A DNA stretch of 64,000 nt from Eledone cirrhosa (taxonomy: Eukaryota). Below the pieces are notes generated by a model. It had not been told where the DNA came from, did no database searches, and saw nothing but the letters and a program-made list of their open reading frames with translations. Below, piece after piece: positions 1-14,631 of the stretch. The stretch spans positions 229,648,001 to 229,712,000 of the forward strand of contig OZ024740.1 of assembly GCA_964016885.1 (NCBI GenBank). The letters are read 5' to 3'. How positions within the stretch are numbered: position 1 is the first letter of the stretch; each line of letters opens with the position of its first letter. A program made the translations under genes and the position numbers.

Positions 1-129
1 AACTCTGTGGAAGTAGATCCCACATAATTAAATGAATTTAAATTAGTTTTTACATTACAATTATATACTACATTTTTAGCTAAGCAATTGTTATTTAACG
101 GACAGTTAGATTTATTTCTACAGTTACGT

Positions 130-656
130 ATATGTATACGTGATGCGTATCTACCTATTGGTTGAGGGTACATATATATATATATGTATATGTGGGAATT
201 GTGTATATACATATGCGTGTATATCCATACAATTTGATTGCACTTATGTATAATGATTATCACAATTCCCACATATACATATATATATATATATGTATAT
301 GTGGGAATTGTGTATATACATATGCGTGTATATCCATACAATTTGATTGCACTTATGTATAATGATTATCCCAAGATTCGTGACAGATGGACATATAATA
401 ACAGCCATAAATACATAACAGGTAATCTTATAAAACTTATATAAACATTTTTTTGTTTAATAACATAAAGTGTGTATAACATAAAATTTCCTTTAATATC
501 TTAACAATTATAACATTTTATAAGATTCCTATATCTTAAATTAAATTGAAGAATCCTTTATGTTTTGTGTGTATATATTATATACGTAGTTAGATATGTA
601 TATATTGTTTTGGTCTCTCTCTCTCTCTCTCCCTCTCTCTCTCTCTCTTTCTCTCT

Positions 657-695
<39 letters not shown>

Positions 696-1069
696 CTCTC
701 TCTCCTTCTTTATCTTTATCTTTCTTCGTAACCCAACGGCTTATTTTAAAAATAAAAATATCCAATACTAATAATAATATAATTAAAGCTACAACTCCAC
801 TATCCGGGAGCTTCCAACAGAAATGGTTGCATTTTTTAAGGGTATGTCAATATTTATTTATAAAACTGATCTATATTATATTTTATCTGATGAAACCACA
901 CCATAATTTAACTTGGTGTCCTTGAAATATGTATAATGAAATAAATAAGGTTTTATAAATATAGTTTCCATTTGTTAATATCGTTTTTTACTCCAAATAT
1001 TTGTTGAGTGCTTTATATCAGTTATAAAAATATTTGCTTGTTGTATCCCAACAATTTAAATAGAACTTT

Positions 1070-1072
<3 letters not shown>
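130..1072 (+). mobile_element. Penelope-like element 3' UTR/tail, 'family A', with hammerhead
   Basis: Colinear with 33290-34575 and 38215-38790 (shared CCACTATCCGGGAGCTTCCAACAG...CTGATGA...GTATCCCAACAA); ends in (TA)n. Confidence 0.7.
879..943 (+). ncRNA. Type I minimal hammerhead ribozyme (family A)
   Basis: TATTTTAT-CTGATGA-stem II(CACCA/TGGTG)-GAAA-T-ATGT-A-TA-ATGAAATA; 8-bp stem I. Confidence 0.8.
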
Positions 1073-1102
<30 letters not shown>

Positions 1103-1104
<2 letters not shown>

Positions 1105-1250
1105 AAGGCGGGTAAAATTCCCGAGATCCATGGACGAGTTCTCTCCAGCGGTCTCTGTCCCTCATTATCGCTGCCATATCCTGCATCTCCAACAGACCAG
1201 TGTCTGTCCTTAGGGCATCAACATATGTTAATCTTGGTCTTCCTCTTCTA
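1103..1250 (-). mobile_element. 3' end of RTE-like LINE ORF2, embedded in (TA)n
   Basis: Translates RRGRPRLTYVDALRTDTG...MRDRDRWRELV*, typical of the RTE-type ORF2 C-terminus. Confidence 0.65.
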
Positions 1251-1345
1251 TATATAGTAATATATATATATATAGTAATAATAATAAATTTGAAGACTAA
1301 AATCCAAAGAGGGCTCGATAAGGATAAATATATATCAAATATATA

Positions 1346-1513
<168 letters not shown>

Positions 1514-1819
1514 ATATATGCATGTATGTATGTATATAATATGATATATGCTTGTGTTGGTGAATGTGAATGTAAATATGCATTATGTAAATGTGTGCGT
1601 GCATTTGTAGGTCTGTATGTGTGTATCTGTTTACAATGCGTTAGATATTCTGTAGTGAGAACAACAATGGCCATCAAACGCAGGTTTGTTACAAGTCACG
1701 TTCCACAAGTCGTCTTTTGGTTGTGGTCGTCGTTGCAGTTTGGGATTTTCCCCTGGACCTTCCTCTAGCTCTCACTTTCTAATACAGCCACCATCACACC
1801 AGATCACTACTGTCACGTC

Positions 1820-3890
<2,071 letters not shown>

Positions 3891-4059
3891 ACGTCCCCCT
3901 ATATCAATCGTGTATAACTAGTGGACAGGTAAGTCTATGTTGGACAGCGGTGTCTGCCTGACGCTCTACCGAGTACCTGATTATGGTGGCTTGAGCATCT
4001 CATTCTGACCAGACCTGTCTGTGCTGGATCTCCCTCCGTGCTGACCACCAGTATTCCAG

Positions 4060-4290
4060 TTGTTTGAACAATGGCTGCTACTCGTAAAATTAACTTGCAA
4101 GTAACTGAGCAGTCTACAGATATGTACTTACTTCACGTAGTTCTCAGGAAGATTCAGGGTGACTCAGTAACTGAAAAGGTTGCTCCCTTTGAACTAGAAA
4201 TACAACTCATTTTTGCCAGTTGAATGGACGGGAGCAACGTAAAATAAGCTGACACAACGCACTGCCGGAAATTGAGCTCACGAGCTTTCG
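4060..4290 (-). mobile_element. Degenerate SINE related to 27417-27750
   Basis: Reverse complement shares the TGAATCTCCCTGAG, TCTGTAGA and CAGCTGGCAAAAATG-like blocks. Confidence 0.5.
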
Positions 4291-4432
4291 AAAGCATTGT
4301 CGTGTAGTACAGCCAGCGTTACGAATGCATCAGCTGTTCCACTTCCCAAAGATATTTGTAAAATTTATTTGAGTAACTATGTAAAGTCTTCCTTGTTAGT
4401 TCCTGCTAGTAGCGCTCTTTTCGTTATAAATA

Positions 4433-4612
4433 TTGGCAGTATCGGTAGAGGGTCGGACGCCATGCTTTCCAGCATAGTTACGTCCCTTTACGATCTGAGT
4501 TCAAATCCCGCCGAGGTTGACTTTACCTTTCATCCTTACGGGGTCGATAAAATAAAGTACCAGTAATGCACTGGTTAATTGCTGGCCTTGTGCCTAAAGT
4601 AGAAACAATTGT
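4433..4612 (+). mobile_element. tRNA-derived SINE (main family)
   Basis: A-box-like TGGCAGTATCGG, B-box GAGTTCAAATCCC, core CCTTTCATCCTTACGGGGTCGATAAAATAAAGTACCAG. Confidence 0.85.
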
Positions 4613-4660
4613 TATACACTAGTTGGCTTCGTGTCGTCAAAAATGACGGCTAATTGTAAT

Positions 4661-4795
4661 TGTTTCTACTTTTGGCACAAGGCCAGCAATTACCCAGTAC
4701 ATTACTGGTACTTTATTTTATCGACCCCGTAAGGATGAAAGGCAAAGTTAACCTCGGCGGGATTTGAACTCAGACCATAAAGGGCCGTAACTCTT
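4661..4795 (-). mobile_element. 5'-truncated SINE with 17-bp target-site duplication
   Basis: TGACGGCTAATTGTAAT at 4644-4660 and 4796-4812. Confidence 0.85.
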
Positions 4796-5025
4796 TGACG
4801 GCTAATTGTAATATCTATACATAATATAAAAACGAGATGTTTGTTTGTTAACAGCTGTGACGAATCTAAGAACGTTGGACTTCAATAGTTTCTCACTCCA
4901 CCTCCTTCCCTAGTCATCATATAACCTCCCTCCTTCCTCAATCAACGTAATCACCCCTTCCTTCCTCAGGCATCTCTAGTCGTTACGGACAAATACACAC
5001 GGCTTTTATTATATTTCTAATTATA

Positions 5026-5440
5026 GGGCGGAGGATTGGCAGTAACGGTAGAGAGTTGGACACCATACTTTGCAGCATAGAGTTACGGCTTTTTACGGTC
5101 TGAATTCAAATCCCACCGAGGTTAGCTTTACCTTTCATCCTTATTGGGTCGATAAAATAAAGTACCAGTAATGCACTGAGATCGATTTAATTGACTTTTC
5201 CCTACCCCAAAATTGCTGGCCTTGTGCCTAAATCAGAAAGCATTATTTGGGCGGTGGATTGGCAATATCGGTAGAGGGTCGGTCGCCATGCTTTGACACA
5301 TAGAGTTACGGTCCTTGCCATTCTGAGTTCAAATCCCGCCGAGGTTAATTTTGCCTTTCATCCTTACGGGGTCGATAAAATAAAGTACCAGTAATACACC
5401 GGGTAATTGCTGGCCTTGTGCCAAAAGTAGAAACAATTAT
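5026..5440 (+). mobile_element. Two tandem SINE copies (5026-5245, 5248-5440)
   Basis: Both begin GGGCGG.GGATTGGCA and carry the B-box and conserved core. Confidence 0.85.
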
Positions 5441-5702
5441 TTATTATAGCCGTTCAATATCAACATTTGTGATAACTTCAAGTAGAACAAAGTCCTAAAC
5501 GCCTGAACACGCCATTCATCGCGGCACACATTTTATTTATTTATTTATACTGCTTCATCATGAAAGGCAGCGTCCATGATGATTTGTAAAGCCAGCGAGT
5601 CTAGTGTGAGTGAGCGAAGAAGAGTCCTGGCCCCAATGCTGACAACAGAGTAGTCTTCGCTAAACTGGCCAGCTAATCAAACTAAGTTGACATTATTTTG
5701 TT

Positions 5703-5885
5703 GATTGGCAGTATCGGTAGAGGGTCGGACGCCATGCTTTGCAGCATAGAGTTACGGCCCTTTATGATCTGAGTTCAAATCCCGCCGGAGTTAACTTTAC
5801 CTTTCATCCTTACGGGGTCGATAAAATAAAGTACCAGTAATGTACTGGGTAATTGCTGGCCTTGTGCCAAAAGTAGAAACGATTA
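5703..5885 (+). mobile_element. SINE (main family)
   Basis: Same consensus as 4433-4612. Confidence 0.85.
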
Positions 5886-6308
5886 TTTTATTTAGGAGTG
5901 TGTGAAGCATAATAGGGAGACGATGATGCACGTTGCAGACCTGTCAACTCTCCCCGTCCGATGGGGAGATCTCCTTACCACTTTGTGGTGGGTGAGAGAT
6001 GTCTTCTCTTGTGAAAAGGGGTTTAGCTTTCATTATGCAAAATCTCCCCCATTTTGCCTCATTTCTCCCTGTTTGGGGGCCCTTTTTTCATGGTACTTCC
6101 CGTTGGGGTTTTTAGAGGTTGGCAGGTCAGACGTTGTAGTACTTGCTACCCCAGGGAGCTAAATATCCACCTGTTGGTTCTGCTTATTGAAAGGAATGAA
6201 CACGTTCTGCTGTTGTTGCTGCTGCTGCTGCTACTACTACTACTACTACTGCTGCTGCTGTTACTACTAGTACTACTACTGTTGCTGCTGCTGCTGCTGC
6301 CACTGCTA

Positions 6309-6361
<53 letters not shown>

Positions 6362-6519
6362 GCTGCTGCTGCTACTACTACCAGTGTTGTTATTCTTGTT
6401 GTTTTTTTATTGTTGTTCATGTTGATGTTTCAACGCCTCTCCCCTCATGTATCAGCTTGGCTATCTCTACTGGATGCTTTGTAGTTCTATGGCGTGGCGC
6501 TGTGGTTCTGTGTGATACT

Positions 6520-8290
6520 GTCTGGTACTGTGGTGCTGTGTGGTGCTGTGTGGCGCTGTGGTGCTGTGTGGTGCTATGTGGTGCTGTGTGGTGCTGTGTG
6601 GTGCTGTGTGGTGCTGTGTTGTGCTATGTGGTGCTGTGTGGTGCTGTGTTGTGCTGTGTGGTGCTGTGTGGCGCTGTGGTGCTGTGTGGTGCTATGTGGT
6701 GCTGTGTGGTGCTATGTGGTGCTGTGTGGTGCTGTGTGGTGCTGTGTTGTGCTATGTGGTGCTGTGTGGTGCTGTGTGGTGCTGTGTTGTGCTGTGTGGT
6801 GCTGTGTGGTGCTGTGTGGTGCTGTGTGGCGCTGTGGTGCTGTGTGGTGCTGTGTGGTGCTGTGTGGCGCTGTGGTGCTGTGTGGTGCTATGTGGTGCTG
6901 TGTGGTGCTATGTGGTGCTGTGTGGTGCTGTGTGGTGCTATGTGGTGCTGTGTGGTGCTGTGTGGTGCTGTGTGGCGCTGTGGTGCTGTGTGGTGCTATG
7001 TGGTGCTGTGTGGTGCTATGTGGTGCTGTGTGGTGCTGTGTGGTGCTATGTGGTGCTGTGTGGTGCTGTGTGGTGCTGTGTGGTGCTGTGTGGTGCTATG
7101 TGGTGCTGTGTGGTGCTGTGTGGTGCTGTGTGGTGCTGTGTGGTGCTATGTGGTGCTGTGTGGTGCTGTGTGGTGCTGTGTGGTGCTGTGTGGTGCTGTG
7201 TGGCGCTGTGGTGCTGTGTGGTGCTATGTGGTGCTGTGTGGTGCTATGTGGTGCTGTGTGGTGCTGTGTGGTGCTATGTGGTGCTGTGTGGTGCTGTGTG
7301 GTGCTGTGTGGTGCTGTGTGGTGCTGTGTGGTGCTGTGTGGCGCTGTGGTGCTGTGTGGTGCTGTGTGGTGCTGTGTGGCGCTGTGGTGCTGTGTGGTGC
7401 TATGTGGTGCTGTGTGGTGCTATGTGGTGCTGTGTGGTGCTATGTGGTGCTGTGTGGTGCTGTGTGGTGCTATGTGGTGCTGTGTGGTGCTGTGTGGTGC
7501 TGTGTGGCGCTGTGGTGCTGTGTGGTGCTGTGTGGTGCTGTGTGGTGCTGTGTGGCGCTGTGTGGTGCTATGTGGTGCTGTGTTGTGCTGTGTGGTGCTG
7601 TGGTACTGTGTGGTGCTATGTGGTGCTGTGTTGTGCTGTGTTGTGCTGTGCGGTGCTGTGTGGTGCTGTGTGGTGCTGTGTGGTGCTGTGTGGCGCTGTG
7701 GTGCTGTGTGGTGCTGTGTGGCGCTGTGGTGCTGTGTGGTGCTATGTGGTGCTGTGTGGTGCTATGTGGTGCTGTGTGGTGCTGTGTGGTGCTATGTGGT
7801 GCTGTGTGGTGCTGTGTGGCGCTGTGGTGCTGTGTGGTGCTATGTGGTGCTGTGTGGTGTTGTGTGGTGCTGTGTGGTGCTGTGTGGTGCTGTGTGGTGC
7901 TGTGTGGTGCTGTGTGGTGCTGTGTGGTGCTGTGTGGTGCTGTGTGGTGCTGTGTGGTGCTGTGTGGTGCTGTGTGGCGCTGTGGTGCTGTGTGGTGCTG
8001 TGTGGTGCTGTGTGGCGCTGTGGTGCTGTGTGGTGCTATGTGGTGCTGTGTGGTGCTGTGTGGTGCTATGTGGTGCTATGTGGTACTGTGTGGTGCTATG
8101 TGGTGCTGTGTTGTGCTGTGTGGTGCTGTGGTACGGTGTGGTGCTATGTGGTGCTGTGTGGTACTGTGTGGTGCTGTGTGGTTCTATGGTGCTGTGTTGT
8201 GCTGTGGTTCTATAGTGATGTGTGGTGCTGTGGTGTTGTGAGGTTGTATGGTGTTGTCTGATGCTGTGTGGCGCTGTGGTGCTGTGTGGT
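6520..8290. repeat. 10-bp minisatellite (GTGGTGCTGT)n
   Basis: About 1.75 kb with GCTAT and GGCGCTGT variants. Confidence 0.97.
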
Positions 8291-9021
8291 TCTTAACTTT
8301 AACGAAACTCTTGTTAATTACACAGATCTACCGAACCTACAGCAGTGAAGTAACTGTACCTGTTTTCTCATAATGGTGTTATTTTAAAGACGAAGAAAGG
8401 AAGGGTATAACTACACTGTTCAGCCTCTTTATACCAGATTCTTCTAGCAAAATAAAGCAGCACTAAGCACGGGAAATGCTGTCATAATTGTTGTTATTGC
8501 TGTTGTTGTCGCTGTTGTTGCTGCTGGGAGTGGTAGTCGTGATGGCGGTGGTGGTGGTGTTTTTTTTTTTATGTTGTTGGGTTTGTTGTTGTTGGTGGTG
8601 CTGCTGGTAGTGTTGGGGTGTTGGCGGTTTTGGTGATGGTGGTGATGATGGTATTGATGTTGGTGGTGGTACTGGTGGTGGCGGTGTTTGTGGTTGTGGT
8701 GGTCGTAGTGGTGGTGTTGGTAGGGATGTTATTGTTGTTGGTGGTAGTGATGGTATTGATGGTGGTGGTAGTGGTGGTGCCGGTGTTGGTGGTGATAATG
8801 ATGGTGTTAATAGCAGACCCGCGTCGTCTATGTTGACATCAATAGCTTTGAGCATATTTCAGTTTTGGCGTCTAGGATTGGTATGCCGTATATATATACC
8901 AGGGTTACCAGATATATGAACAATCATTAAAAAAAAGACTAGAAAATATGCTTTTTGATAAATTATGGGTTTGCATAAGAGAAACCCTATAGTTTACGCT
9001 GATAAGATATTAATGATATAA

Positions 9022-9420
9022 TTGTTTCTACTATTGGCACAAGGCCAACACTTATCCCAGTACATTACTGGTACTTTATTTTATCGACCCCGTAAGGATG
9101 AAAGGCAAAGTTAACCTCGGCGGGATTTGAACTCAGACCATAAAGGGGCGTAACTCTATGCTGGAAGGCATGGCGTCCGATCCTCTACCGATACTGCCAA
9201 TTCACCGCCCTTTATGATTTATTAATGATATAATTGTTTCTACTTTTGGCACAAGGCCAGCAATTATCCCAGTGTATTACTGGTACTTTATTTTATCGAC
9301 CCCGTAAGGATGAAAGCAAAGTTAACCTCGGCGGGATTTGAACTCAGAATGGCAAGGGCCGTAACTCTATGCGTCAAAGCATGGCGTCCGACCCTCTACC
9401 TATTCTGCCAATCCACAGCC
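9022..9420 (-). mobile_element. Two tandem SINEs (9022-9210, 9233-9420)
   Basis: Reverse complement of the main SINE; ATTAATGATATA at 9009, 9221 and 9428. Confidence 0.85.
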
Positions 9421-9489
9421 TTAATATATTAATGATATAATGATATATTTTTAGAATATAATTGCATAAATGCTCTGCATATATATGAC

Positions 9490-10150
9490 TTGGCCCAGGT
9501 TACAGACCTTGTCGGAATCTCACACATCACCTACATCTGGAATTTGATGACCTTCATGGCGGAATATATAGAGATGACGCTCTTCTACATATTACGAATT
9601 TCGACGGTCAACATCTTGAACGAAGACGGAAAGCTATAAAGTCCTTCTTTAAACGCATAGGCCTTAAAATATCCTTCGACCATAACTTTAGATTAGCTAA
9701 TTTCTTAGATGTGACGTTAGACCTCAACTCCGGTCTATTCGAAGAACTACGAAAATCTGAATTTTGTTGATCGGTACTCAAACCACCCAAGATCTATCAT
9801 CAACACCATTGTTGGAAATGTGTATCTTAGAATCCCCAGGTTGTCCGAACCTGAGTCCACCTTCAATGCGCATGCGTACTATTACAATGCGACTCTCCAT
9901 AAAGTCGGTTATGACGAACAAATAAAATGTATTTCTAATACAGCAAACAGGCGGCGAAATAGTTACTCCAAAAGGAATAAAACATCAAGTATGCACCAAT
10001 ACGGACATAAAAATTACGAGAACCTCTTGAGTAACCGTTACAAAACCTACACGAGCGAGACCGCTGATAAATCGAAAACGAGATCGTCAGATAAAGAAAC
10101 ACCAAGGTGGTCTCGCTTCAAGTCCTACCTATGGTTTAATCTTCCACTTA
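9490..10150 (+). pseudogene. Degenerate Penelope-like reverse transcriptase fragment
   Basis: VTDLVG...GGIYRDDAL (YRDD 9567-9578)...NFLDVTLDL...HAYYYN..L...GY...WFNLP; same motif order as the RT at 20612-21480; frameshifted. Confidence 0.8.
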
Positions 10151-10770
10151 CAACTCCATTAATCTTCTCATTGGTCCTTTGGACTGTAATCCCGCCCCTG
10201 CATACAAATCTAGTATCTATACTTGGTATGATTATTGCTTTTCATCTACTTATTTTTTTGTTTTTGTTCACTAATTTTGTTATTTGTATATTATATGTTG
10301 ATCCCGATTTTCTCTGTATACCAAATTGAAATTTGTATATTAGTTTTTTTTCGGCAGGAAGCGATATTTATTGCAGAAATGCGGAACACAACTAAGAATA
10401 TAACCAACTATTTCCCCGTTAATTCTTTCTGATGAAGTGCAATACCAGACACTTACCACATACGAATGAACATTATATTAAGGACTCGGCGGATGTAGAC
10501 TGTTACGTAATTGTACAGAAACATATGTTAAAAATGGAATATACAATAAATTCTTCTTCTGTCCACATCGTATTTATATTTATTAAATACTCCATGAATT
10601 TCTCTTTGGCAATTGTACCATAACCATTTTACCTGGTTACCTATGCGACACAACTCTAAGAAACACGTCGAGAAATATATTTGCAGAACAACTTTTCCAT
10701 ATTTCGTCTGCACTTTCACCTCAAACATAATTGATTTAACCTATACAAACGGAACTTTATTTATCTTCTC

Positions 10771-10873
<103 letters not shown>

Positions 10874-10876
10874 TGT

Positions 10877-11030
10877 AGGTTGGTGTTAGGAGGGGCATCT
10901 GGCTGTAGAAATCAAGTCTAAATCAGTTCTGTATGAGTAACACATGGTCACCTGACCTGGCATTGCCCTAACAGGACAACCCATCTACCCCATGCTAGCG
11001 TGGAAGAATGGACGTAAAAAGGTGATAATA

Positions 11031-11068
<38 letters not shown>
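10877..11068 (+). mobile_element. SINE 3' part with (ATG)n tail
   Basis: GGTTGGTGTTAGGAGGGGCATCTGGCTGTAGAAA...CCCATGCTAGCGTGGAA followed by (ATG)n. Confidence 0.55.
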
Positions 11069-11259
11069 ATATATATATATATATATGGCATACAGGATTA
11101 AATGTATGAGTAACTTTGGAAAAATAACAATTTATGGGAACCAATGTAGGGTTAGAAAGTCAATTTCTTATTGTACAAATATGCCTGATCTAGAAAATTC
11201 GTTGTGTGTATATGTCAGTGTAAATTCTGAAGAGATATAGGCATATGTATGTGTGTGTG

Positions 11260-11292
<33 letters not shown>

Positions 11293-11296
11293 GCAA

Positions 11297-11737
11297 AAGT
11301 TCTATTTAAAATCGTTGGGATACAACAAGTAAATATTTTATAACTGATATAAAGCACTCGACAAGTTTTTGGAGTAGATATACGATATTAATAAATGGAA
11401 ACTATATTTATAAAACCATATTTATTTCATTATACATATTTCAGGGATACCAAATTAAAATATGGTATGCCTTCATCAGACAAAATACAATATATAAACA
11501 GTTTTATAAATAATTTTGACGTACCCTATTAAATGCAACCATTATTTTTGGAAGCTATCCAGACAGCTTCCAAAAATAATGGTTGCATTTAATAGGGTAC
11601 GTCAAAATTATTTATAAAACTCTTTATATATTGTATTTTGTCTGATGAAGGCATACCATATTTTAATTTGGTATCCCTGAAATATGTATAATGAAATAAA
11701 TATGGTTTTATAAATATAGTTTCCATTTATTAATATC

Positions 11738-11740
<3 letters not shown>
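11297..11740. mobile_element. Fold-back family A PLE tail with two divergent hammerheads (11423-11487 minus, 11634-11698 plus)
   Basis: Arms 11381-11556 / 11565-11740 near-perfectly complementary, 8-nt spacer, flanked by (TA)n. Confidence 0.85.
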
Positions 11741-11791
<51 letters not shown>

Positions 11792-11832
11792 ATAATAATG
11801 AATGTGAAGACTAAAATCTGTTATTTTAATAA

Positions 11833-11941
<109 letters not shown>

Positions 11942-12429
11942 AACGTGGCGTATTATACTTAATTGATGTTTAGACCTATCACAAAAGACATACCAGCTGT
12001 GGCCAGCCTTTCTTTCTTTTGCAGACAATGTATCTAATACTCTATTAAGCAATGTTTCCACAGTTTCACGTGTTAGATGAAGCCCGAAGCTTATCCTGGA
12101 TTCATAGGAATTATGCGACTAAGAGTACAAGATCCCATCCTGGAAGAGACGTCAGTCTATCGTAGGGCTAACCTTAAATATATAACCGCTCAACGGTTCT
12201 AAAAATAGATTTTTTATATATTTTCTGGGCGATTGATAAAGCTTGCATAATTGAAAAATTTCGTCGGCTTCGCTTTATTCCAATGGTATCACAGTGGAAC
12301 AAAATACGGTAGGTGAGAGTTCGTGTTCCATAGCGTTGCTGTACATATTTTTCACTCTCCAAGGGCTTACATGATCAGCTTTGTTAGATTGTCCATTAGC
12401 ATATCCCCACCATCACACAAACATATGTG

Positions 12430-12647
12430 TATAAGGAAAATAAATTGAAAATTAAGAATATTTATTTACTTTACCGGTTTCACAGTTCTTATGATTATCA
12501 AAAGTCAAATTGAGATGGAGGGTTTGTCAGAAACACAAACCCTCCATCTCAATCTTACTTTTGATAACCATCAGAACTGTGAAATCCGTAAAGTAAATAA
12601 ATATTCTTAAAAGACTTCACTTGCATTTTCAATTTCTTTTCCTTATA
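12430..12647. repeat. Fold-back with two U3:A8-variant hammerhead-like motifs (12467-12506 minus, 12556-12595 plus)
   Basis: Arms 12452-12527 / 12535-12610; TACTT-TTGATAA-...-GAAA-TCCG-TA-AAGTA. Confidence 0.6.
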
Positions 12648-13170
12648 TTTTTACCCGCGTGGGACATTAAAAGAAAATCTTACTTTCTTTTATATATCTA
12701 TCTATCAAGCGCGGGTAAAATTAAATTTGATACTATAGTTTAATATTAATACAGATACCTATTAACTTTTAAAACCTAAAATATTATTCATTACTCTGAA
12801 CTAACTTAAATTAAATATTTTGAATATTAACGGTCAACCAAATAAGTTTAGATATATAGTGTCTATATGGATAATTGTCTATATGGATAATTGTCTAAAG
12901 ACTTGAACATAAGTTATTCCTCTTTATCTGTTTCTTCCTCTATGCTTTCCTTTCTTTCCTCTTTCTTCAGTAATTCAAATTATTTAAGTTATATTGATGC
13001 CAAGTATTTTTTTAAGCTGTCTCACACTCACCCTCTCTATTGTATGTATTATATATTTTTCTCATGTTCTCAATATTAAGGTATATAAATATTGAGTTTT
13101 GTCATATATTACTCACTACCATGACTGAATCTTAACCATCTACTATGTCAGGGTATGTCATGCATCATCT

Positions 13171-13237
13171 TATTTTATCTGATGAGGACGTACTGTTGAA
13201 GTTAACTCAGTACCTCTGAAATATGTATAATAAAATA
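13171..13237 (+). ncRNA. Type I hammerhead ribozyme (family B)
   Basis: TATTTTAT-CTGATGA-GGACGTACTG...CAGTACCTCT-GAAA-TATGTA-TA-ATAAAATA. Confidence 0.8.
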
Positions 13238-13374
13238 TACTTGATTACAAGAATATCTATTTTGTTAATATTTTGAATTAATATTAATAACTCTGGAAAA
13301 CCATTACTGTTGAGTGCTTCCAATCTATTGTAAAACTCATTCTTTGATTTATTCATTGAACCTTGTTTAACTTT

Positions 13375-13456
<82 letters not shown>

Positions 13457-13718
13457 TATATATATATATTTATATATATATATTTATATATATATATTTA
13501 TATATATATATATTTATATATATATATTTATATATATATATATTTATATATATATATTTATATATATATATTTATATATATATATTTATATATATATATT
13601 TATATATATATATTTATATATATATATATTTATATATATATATTTATATATATATATTTATATATATATATATTTATATATATATATATTTATATATATA
13701 TATATTTATATATATATA

Positions 13719-13775
<57 letters not shown>

Positions 13776-13778
<3 letters not shown>

Positions 13779-14592
13779 ATCTTTATTCTCACTCGTTCAC
13801 GATTTCACAGAACTTATGTTCATCGATTTCAGGGACTTGACTCCTTCTTCCGCACTTTTCGTTGCATTACCATCTTTGATTGTTTACAGTCTCGCTCGTT
13901 CCTTATGTTACGTGCCTCAACAACTTTCTTTAGCCGTTTCTCGCACCAACCGGAGGTATATGGTCTTTAAAGCGATGAAATACCAATGAAAGTTGGCAGA
14001 TCGCTGATGAAGGACTAAATTTATTCATATGTAACCCATTTGCAACCACGCAGCATGCCATGTTTTCATATTCATATATATATATATTTTCCTCCGCTGT
14101 GACCCGTCTGTTTCTTTCTTACTGCTTTCTCTTTTCTCTGTATCTCTCACTTCCCTTTACCCCCTCTAACAGTCGCTCTCTCTCTGTTAGCCTCTTCCTC
14201 ACCTTTCACTCACTCACTCTCTGCTACTCCCTCTCCTACTTCCTCCCGTTTGACCTGTGCGAAATTCTTTCCTCACTCACACTTTGACCAGGTCGGTTGT
14301 TCTTTATTCTCTCTCGTTCACGATTTCACAGAACTTATGTTCATTGATTTCAGGGACTTGACTCCTTCTTCCTCATTTTTCGTTGCATTACCATCGTTGA
14401 TTGTTTACAGTCTCGCTCGTTCCCCCGATTTACGTGTCCCAACGACTTTCTTTAGCCGTTGCTCGCACCAACCGGAGGTATATGGTCTTTAAAGCGATGA
14501 AATACCAATGAAGGTTGGCAGATCACTGATGAAGGACTAAATTTATTCATATGTAACCCATTTGCAACCACGCACCACGCCATGTTTTCATA

Positions 14593-14600
<8 letters not shown>
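13776..14600. repeat. About 300-bp diverged direct repeat (13780-14085 and 14300-14600)
   Basis: Shared TCTTTATTCTC.CTCGTTCACGATTTCACAG...GCCATGTTTTCATATTCATA. Confidence 0.85.

Positions 14601-14631
<31 letters not shown>

Noticed and set aside
6457-8261. Three ORFs of about 580 aa rich in C/V/W
   Set aside because: Stop-free translations of the 10-bp minisatellite
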